From an uncultured Sphingomonas sp. (GTDB taxonomy: Bacteria > Pseudomonadota > Alphaproteobacteria > Sphingomonadales > Sphingomonadaceae), in assembly GCA_965727025.1 (NCBI GenBank), contig CBFRWL010000001.1, positions 1 to 39,189 of the forward strand: a stretch of 39,189 nucleotides of DNA. Direction: 5' to 3'. Shown here piece by piece: positions 34,241 through 39,189 of the stretch. Made by a program: the position numbers and the translations under genes. Under the pieces are notes generated by a model that ran no database searches, had not been told where the DNA came from, and saw nothing but the letters and a program-made list of their open reading frames with translations. How positions within the stretch are numbered: the first letter of the stretch is position 1; each line of letters begins with the position of its first letter.

Positions 34241-35428
34241 TCAGAGCCCCAGCACGCCCTTGGCGATGATGTTCTTCTGGATCTCGTTCGAGCCCCCGAA
34301 GATCGAAACCTTGCGCATCGTGAAGTAGAAGGGCGCGGCGGCCTCGATCCAGCCATGCTCGCCCGCTTCGTCGGCCCCGTTATGCTCCGGCATGGCGAGC
34401 CCCGCCGGACCGGCCAGCTCGACAGTCAACTCGGTCATGCGCTGCTGCAGCTCGGTGCCCTTGATCTTGAGGATCGAGGCCGCCGCATTGGCACCGCCGC
34501 CCTGCGCGTCCGCCGCGACGACGCGTAGCTGGGTCAGCTCCAGCGCACGCAGCTCCACCTCCACCTCGGCGAGCTTGCGGCGCAGGCGCCGCCGCTCGCC
34601 GTCGCTCAGCATGCCCTTGGCGGACATGTCCTCCTCCAGGTGGCGCAGCTGCGACAGCCGCTCCTTCGAAAGGCCGATCCGCGCGATGCCGGAACGCTCG
34701 TGGCCGAGCAGGTGCTTGGCGTAGTCCCAGCCCTTGCCTTCCTCGCCGATGCGGTTCTCGACCGGCACGCGGACATCGTCGAAGAACACTTCGTTCGCAT
34801 CGTGCTCCCCGTCGATCGTTTCGATCGGTCGGACGGTGAGGCCCGGCGTCTTCATATCAAGCAGCAGGAAGGTGATGCCCTGCTGCTTCTTGCCGCTGTT
34901 ATCGGTGCGGAACAGGCCGAACATCCAATCGGCATGCTGGGCCTGGGTGGTCCAGATCTTCTGGCCGTTGAGGACATAGTGGTCGCCGTCACGCACCGCC
35001 GTGGTCTTGAGGCTGGCGAGATCGGAGCCTGCACCGGGTTCGGAGAAGCCTTGGCACCACCAGTCGTCGATATTCGCGATGCGCGGCAGGAAGCGCGCTT
35101 TTTGCTCCTCGGTGCCGAACTTGCAGATCACCGGGCCGATCATGTTGACGTTGAAGGGCGATCCTTCAGGCGCATGGGCCAGCGCCATCTCTTCCTGGAA
35201 GATATAGCGTTGCGAAGGCGTCCAGCTCTGGCCGCCATAGGCGACCGGCCAGTTGGGTGTCGCCCACCCCTTGGCATTCAGTATCCGCTGCCAGCGGACG
35301 ATGTCATCCTTGCCGAGATGGCGGCGCTCGATCATCTTCCGGCGCAGATCGGCCGGGAGGGAGGTAGCGAGGAAATCACGGACTTCCTGGCGGAAGGCCT
35401 TTTCCTCGGGGTTGAAGGACAGGTCCAT
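34241..35428 (-). CDS. acyl-CoA dehydrogenase, alpha-type subunit (second FadE26/ChsE4-like copy)
   Basis: 395 aa; MDLSFNPEEKAFRQEVRDFL...WPVAYGG...WCQGFSEPGAGSDLASLKTTAVRDGDHYVLNGQKIWTTQAQHADW. Confidence 0.88.
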   Translation of the reverse strand: MDLSFNPEEKAFRQEVRDFLATSLPADLRRKMIERRHLGKDDIVRWQRILNAKGWATPNWPVAYGGQSWTPSQRYIFQEEMALAHAPEGSPFNVNMIGPVICKFGTEEQKARFLPRIANIDDWWCQGFSEPGAGSDLASLKTTAVRDGDHYVLNGQKIWTTQAQHADWMFGLFRTDNSGKKQQGITFLLLDMKTPGLTVRPIETIDGEHDANEVFFDDVRVPVENRIGEEGKGWDYAKHLLGHERSGIARIGLSKERLSQLRHLEEDMSAKGMLSDGERRRLRRKLAEVEVELRALELTQLRVVAADAQGGGANAAASILKIKGTELQQRMTELTVELAGPAGLAMPEHNGADEAGEHGWIEAAAPFYFTMRKVSIFGGSNEIQKNIIAKGVLGL

Positions 35429-35515
35429 GGAGCCTCGCGAGTGCGTGTCGTCCTGCTCTTCCGTGCGCTGGACCGAAGGTCAATCGACAACCCCATCTAC
35501 CGCATTTCCGATACA

Positions 35516-36457
35516 TCATCGCTGCAAATCGAGCAGGATGCGCCCGCGTCCAGCCTCCGCCGCCGCCAGCGCGTCGTCCAGTCGGGAGAGCGGCACGGTC
35601 TCCGCGACGGGCAGCGGGTGCGCCATCAGCAGCTCGGCCAGTTCGCCATAGAGGCGGCGCAGATCCGCGACCGAATCGCCGGCCTCGGCAGGGCGCAGGC
35701 TGAAGCCGCCGACGGTCAGCCCTCGGCCGGTGAGAAGCGTCGAGGGAATGCGGCATGCTTGTGCAGAGAGATGGCCGAATACGGTCACTCGCCCGTCCTC
35801 CGCAAGGCAGGCGGCGAGCCGACCCGTCGCTTCGCCCGCGACGCAATCGAGCGCGAGGCGGATCGGCCCTCCTCCGGCCGCGAGGTGAACGCGCCCGGCA
35901 AGGCCGGGGCCATCGGGAAGCAACGGCGCCGGCGCGTCGGCATGGCGGGAGACCGTCAGCACCTTGACGCCCCGCGACTCCGCGATCCGCTCGACGAGCA
36001 TCGCCACCGCCGAGCGGCCGCCATTCTGGATCACGACATCGCCAGCTTGCAGGGGCGTTGTGCCAAGCAAACGCCACGCCGTTGCCGGATTGATCCGTAG
36101 CATCGCGGCCTGTTCCAACGGCAGTGCAGCAGGCACGCGCAATACCGCATCAGCCGGCACCCGGCGCAGGCTAGCCCAGTTGCCGCGCGCGAGCGGGATC
36201 ACTTGGTCGCCCACTCTGAAATCTTCAACACCCGCACCGATCGCGATCACCTCGCCCACGCCTTCGGCCCCGACCACCACCACCTCATTCGGCTGGAAGC
36301 TGTAGCGTCCGGCGATTATCAGCCGGTCGGCCGGGTTGATCGGCGCCAAGCGCATTGCGACCAGCAGTTCGCCCGGCCCGGGAGAACCGGGATGCTCGGC
36401 GTCGATCAGGCGGACACCCTCCCCAGGCGCCAGCACTGCTTGGCAGCAAGTCTCCAT
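35516..36457 (-). CDS. medium-chain dehydrogenase/reductase of the 2-enoyl thioester reductase (MECR/Etr1) type
   Basis: Track ORF 35516..37054 trimmed to the ATG at 36457 (METCCQAVLAPGEG...). INPADRLIIAGRYSFQPNEVVVVGAEGVGEVIAIGAGVEDFRVGDQVIPLARGNW...LRINPATAWRLL is colinear with my recollection of MECR (INPSDINMIQGNYG...VGGNEGVAQVVAVG...GDWVIP...LGVNPCTAYRML). The RBS is weak, so the start is uncertain. Confidence 0.75.
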   Translation of the reverse strand: METCCQAVLAPGEGVRLIDAEHPGSPGPGELLVAMRLAPINPADRLIIAGRYSFQPNEVVVVGAEGVGEVIAIGAGVEDFRVGDQVIPLARGNWASLRRVPADAVLRVPAALPLEQAAMLRINPATAWRLLGTTPLQAGDVVIQNGGRSAVAMLVERIAESRGVKVLTVSRHADAPAPLLPDGPGLAGRVHLAAGGGPIRLALDCVAGEATGRLAACLAEDGRVTVFGHLSAQACRIPSTLLTGRGLTVGGFSLRPAEAGDSVADLRRLYGELAELLMAHPLPVAETVPLSRLDDALAAAEAGRGRILLDLQR

Positions 36458-36532
36458 CGTCGATCCGATATCCTGCGCCGGGGGTGGGGCCAAGCCTCGC
36501 GATCGGGCAGAACGCCATAAAAGGAGAGGCTC

Positions 36533-37303
36533 ATGGATCTTGGGATCAAGGACAAGGTAGCGGTCGTCGCCGGCGGCACGCGCGGTTGCGGACTCGGCAT
36601 CGCACAGGCGCTGGCCGCGGAGGGTGCGCGCGTGCTCGTCAGCGGTCGCGATCAGGCAAATGCCGACGAGGCGGTCGCCGCGATCGAGGCAGCGGGCGGC
36701 AAGGCCGCCGGTGTCGCCGCCGACATGGCGACCGATGACGGCGCCGAGCGCATCGTTCGGGCGGCGCGAGATGCCTTCGGGGCGCCTTCGATTTTGGTGG
36801 TGAACCCACGCCCCGCCTCGCTCTCGCGCGGGTTCGAGCAGGTGACCGATGCCGATTTCGAGGATGCCAACCAGACTTGGGTGATGAGCCTCGTCCGTCT
36901 CGCGCGGCGCGTGCTGCCGGATATGCAGGCAGCCGGCTGGGGGCGCATCCTCTACATGGGTTCGATCGGCATGAAGGTGCTGCACCTCGACGATCCGATG
37001 TACGCGCAGAACGTCCGCGTCGCGGCCGCCGGCGTGGTGAAGACGCTGTCCCACGAATATGGGCGATACGGCATCACCGCCAACACCATCGCCACCGGTC
37101 CGTTCATGACCGGGCTGACCAAGGATTACATCGAGGGTGGCGGGCTCGCCGAGACCACGATGCTGTCGATGACGGCGAGCGGCCGCTGGGGCACGCCGGC
37201 GGAGATGGGCGCGGTCGCGGCGTTCCTCTGCTCGGCTCCGGCGAGCTTCGTGACGGGAGAGACGATCCGGGTCGATTCAGGCTATACGCACAGCCTGTTC
37301 TGA
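36533..37303 (+). CDS. SDR with an atypical active-site segment
   Basis: KVAVVAGGTRGCGLGIAQALA, MGSIG. The expected YxxxK reads MYAQNVRVAAAGVVK, with no Lys at +4 and Arg at +5. AAAAGGAGAG RBS. Confidence 0.8.
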   Translation: MDLGIKDKVAVVAGGTRGCGLGIAQALAAEGARVLVSGRDQANADEAVAAIEAAGGKAAGVAADMATDDGAERIVRAARDAFGAPSILVVNPRPASLSRGFEQVTDADFEDANQTWVMSLVRLARRVLPDMQAAGWGRILYMGSIGMKVLHLDDPMYAQNVRVAAAGVVKTLSHEYGRYGITANTIATGPFMTGLTKDYIEGGGLAETTMLSMTASGRWGTPAEMGAVAAFLCSAPASFVTGETIRVDSGYTHSLF

Positions 37304-37330
37304 GCGGCTGCGGCGCCCCTGCCCGCTCAG
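37300..37330. terminator. hairpin spanning both stop codons of the convergent SDR genes; possible bidirectional terminator
   Basis: CTGAGCGG (37300-37307) and CCGCTCAG (37323-37330) are exact reverse complements with a 15-nt GC-rich loop. No U-tract. Confidence 0.3.
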
Positions 37331-38229
37331 GGCAGAAAGCGCTTGCGGATGTCGCCGACGAGATTGTCGAGGGTGTGCGGGTCCTCGAGCGCTTCCAGCG
37401 TCCAGCCGCCAGGCTTGAACGCCATACGGATCAGCTCCGGATCGGCGTGGCGCGCGATCTCGTCGCCCGCGACATAGAAATCCTGGCTGGTCACGTGCGC
37501 GGTGGACGGCAGGCAGAGCAGGGTCGCCAGCGCCGCAACATGTTCGGGCAGCGCCGTGATGCGCGGCTGGCCGAGGTGGCGGTTACCCATCAGGGGAATG
37601 TCGAACTCGGCCGCAATGTCTATCGTCTCTTGGATCTCGGGGGTGAAGGTGCCGGTGATGTGGCTGATCGGGCGGATCAAGTTGCAGCGCACGCCGTAGC
37701 GCCCGAGATCACGGGCAACGGCGCGGGTCAGGCCGAGCGCGCCTTCCTTGGCGGCCGAGTAATTTGCCATGCTGTTGTGGCCGAGGCCGGAAGTCGAGCC
37801 GGTGTTGACGATCACGCCGCCGTCACCCTGCGCAATGAAATGCGGCGCAGCAAAGCGGATCGTTGCCGCATAGGCCTTGAGGCTGATGTTGACAACGGCG
37901 TCCCAAGTCTCCTCGTCCATCCTGTCGATACGCGCGGGGCGGACGATGCCGGCATTGTTGATGAGAATGTCGATGCGGCCGAACGCATCGATCGCGGTCT
38001 TGACGATCGCCTCGCCGCCCGCCCAGCTCGACGCGCTGTGGCTGTCCGCCACCGCATCGCCGCCGGCGTCGCGTATCTCCTTCACCACATCCTCGGCGCC
38101 GCCCACATCGTTGACGACGATCTTCGCGCCTTCGCGCATCAGCGACAGCGCCTCGGCACGGCCGATGTTGCGGCCGGCGCCGGTCACGATCGCCACCTTG
38201 CCGGCCAGTCGACTACCCTGCTGCGTCAT
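37327..38229 (-). CDS. SDR, MFE-2/Hsd4A-like subtype with a C-terminal extension
   Basis: GKVAIVTGAGRNIGRAEALSLMREGAKIVVNDVGG, ILINNAG, ANYSAAKEGALG. I prefer the ATG at 38229 (GGAGA 6 nt upstream). ATGs at 38241 and 38310 are alternatives, but the 38310 extension runs through a strong hairpin. Confidence 0.85.
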   Translation of the reverse strand: MTQQGSRLAGKVAIVTGAGRNIGRAEALSLMREGAKIVVNDVGGAEDVVKEIRDAGGDAVADSHSASSWAGGEAIVKTAIDAFGRIDILINNAGIVRPARIDRMDEETWDAVVNISLKAYAATIRFAAPHFIAQGDGGVIVNTGSTSGLGHNSMANYSAAKEGALGLTRAVARDLGRYGVRCNLIRPISHITGTFTPEIQETIDIAAEFDIPLMGNRHLGQPRITALPEHVAALATLLCLPSTAHVTSQDFYVAGDEIARHADPELIRMAFKPGGWTLEALEDPHTLDNLVGDIRKRFLP

Positions 38230-38267
38230 TCTCGTCTCCATGGAATTGCCCGGCATGCCTGAATGCC

Positions 38268-38300
38268 AAGGGGCGCCGGCATCAAGTCCGGCGCCCCCTT
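38268..38300 (-). terminator. strong GC hairpin downstream of the IclR gene; candidate intrinsic terminator
   Basis: AAGGGGCGCCGG-catcaagt-CCGGCGCCCCCTT forms a 10-12-bp stem with one bulged C. It begins 28 nt past the IclR stop on the minus strand. Only a short TT follows. Confidence 0.45.
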
Positions 38301-38327
38301 GATCGGACATGCGATCAACGCATTTCG

Positions 38328-39161
38328 TCAGGCGTAGGCGATGCCTTCGTGATCGCGCGTGATCGAAAACGCGCCACGCGGCAGCATATGATCGTCGTTG
38401 CTGGCGCGATGGAACGGTGCAAGGGGCTGTCCAATATGCGCCTCGTCGATCATCGCGCGGATTTCGTCCACATGATCGACGATCGCGGTGCTCTTGCCGA
38501 TGACGCTTAGCACGATGCGCTGGCCACCCGGTCGTGGTGGCAGCATGACGGCCAGGGTCGCGAGCCCCTCGGCCACGGCAATGTCCCAGCCTTTGGCGCG
38601 CAATAGGCGCAGGCTATCGATTTCCTCGTTCACCGAAACGCGACGCTCGGGATCCGCCTCGTCCGCGTTGAGGCGGCGGAGCGCGGAGCGGATATGCAAG
38701 TCCTGATAGGTCGACAGCAGGAGCCGGCCGGCGACGTCGTGCAGCAACGGCGCGGTGTCCCCAACGTGCAGATGCGGCGCCTCGGGGGCGGCGCCAGGCA
38801 CGACATGGATATGTTGGAGGCGATAATGAGCAGCGACCGAAAGCATCACAGTCTGGCCGAATTGTTGGGCGATGTTGTCGACCATCGGCAGCAACGCGCC
38901 GTCACGAAACAGGTCCGGCTCCACCCAGGCGCCGATCAGCGCCACGCGGGCGGTCGGCCGATAGTTCCGGGTATAGCGGTTGTAGTGGAGATAGCCGAGC
39001 GCCACGAGACAGCGGAGCAGTTCGGAAGTGCTCGACTGCGGATAGCCGAGCGAGCGGGCGATATCCATCACGGTCGCCGTCGTATGTTCCTGATCGAAGA
39101 ATTCCAGCACTTCGAGCACCCGCCGTGCGGACTTGATCATCTTGGTGTCGATAGCACCCAT
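38328..39161 (-). CDS. IclR-family transcriptional regulator
   Basis: 277 aa. N-terminal wHTH SARRVLEVLEFFDQEHTTATVMDIARSLGYPQSSTSELLRCLVALGYL followed by an effector-binding domain. GGAGAG RBS. Confidence 0.9.
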   Translation of the reverse strand: MGAIDTKMIKSARRVLEVLEFFDQEHTTATVMDIARSLGYPQSSTSELLRCLVALGYLHYNRYTRNYRPTARVALIGAWVEPDLFRDGALLPMVDNIAQQFGQTVMLSVAAHYRLQHIHVVPGAAPEAPHLHVGDTAPLLHDVAGRLLLSTYQDLHIRSALRRLNADEADPERRVSVNEEIDSLRLLRAKGWDIAVAEGLATLAVMLPPRPGGQRIVLSVIGKSTAIVDHVDEIRAMIDEAHIGQPLAPFHRASNDDHMLPRGAFSITRDHEGIAYA

Positions 39162-39189
39162 CAGCGTCTCTCCAGCTTGGCTCGCTCCA

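Noticed and set aside
1-39189. Search for mobile elements, CRISPR arrays, tRNA/rRNA genes and defence or toxin-antitoxin systems
   Set aside because: I recognised no transposase, integrase or recombinase-like ORF, no repeat-spacer periodicity, no tRNA-like cloverleaf candidates and no terminal inverted repeats. The only repeat structure is the 38-nt duplication around the G tract.

Overview
High-GC (roughly two-thirds G+C by eye) alphaproteobacterial-looking DNA, possibly sphingomonad (inference only). It is packed end to end with catabolic genes. I found no rRNA, tRNA, CRISPR array, transposase or integrase. I call 32 intact-looking coding regions plus one interrupted acyl-CoA ligase and one short gene relic. 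Contents: three cytochrome P450s (two are tandem CYP101/P450cam-like paralogues) and a putidaredoxin-type [2Fe-2S] ferredoxin; two paralogous Rieske oxygenase alpha subunits flanking a KstD-like flavoprotein; five acyl-CoA dehydrogenase genes, four of them in two alpha/beta-type pairs; three enoyl-CoA hydratases (one fused to a 3-hydroxyacyl-CoA dehydrogenase) and a separate 3-hydroxyacyl-CoA dehydrogenase; an MECR-type enoyl reductase; nine SDR-fold genes; a GMC oxidoreductase; an aldehyde dehydrogenase; a D-aminoacylase-type amidohydrolase; TauD-type and PhyH-type 2-oxoglutarate oxygenases; a VOC protein; and MarR and IclR regulators. The mix points to degradation of a steroid, bile salt or cyclic terpenoid carrying a carboxylic side chain. 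No thiolase, aldolase, oxygenase reductase or transporter is visible. The strongest anomaly is a ~100-nt stretch of only G and C (82 G, 22 C) flanked by a 38-nt direct repeat. It frameshifts the only acyl-CoA ligase and is more likely an assembly or gap artefact than biology. Other points of interest: a catalytically degenerate SDR-like gene coupled to a normal SDR, a 3alpha-HSD-like SDR whose only plausible start is CTG, and a frameshifted DJ-1/PfpI gene relic.
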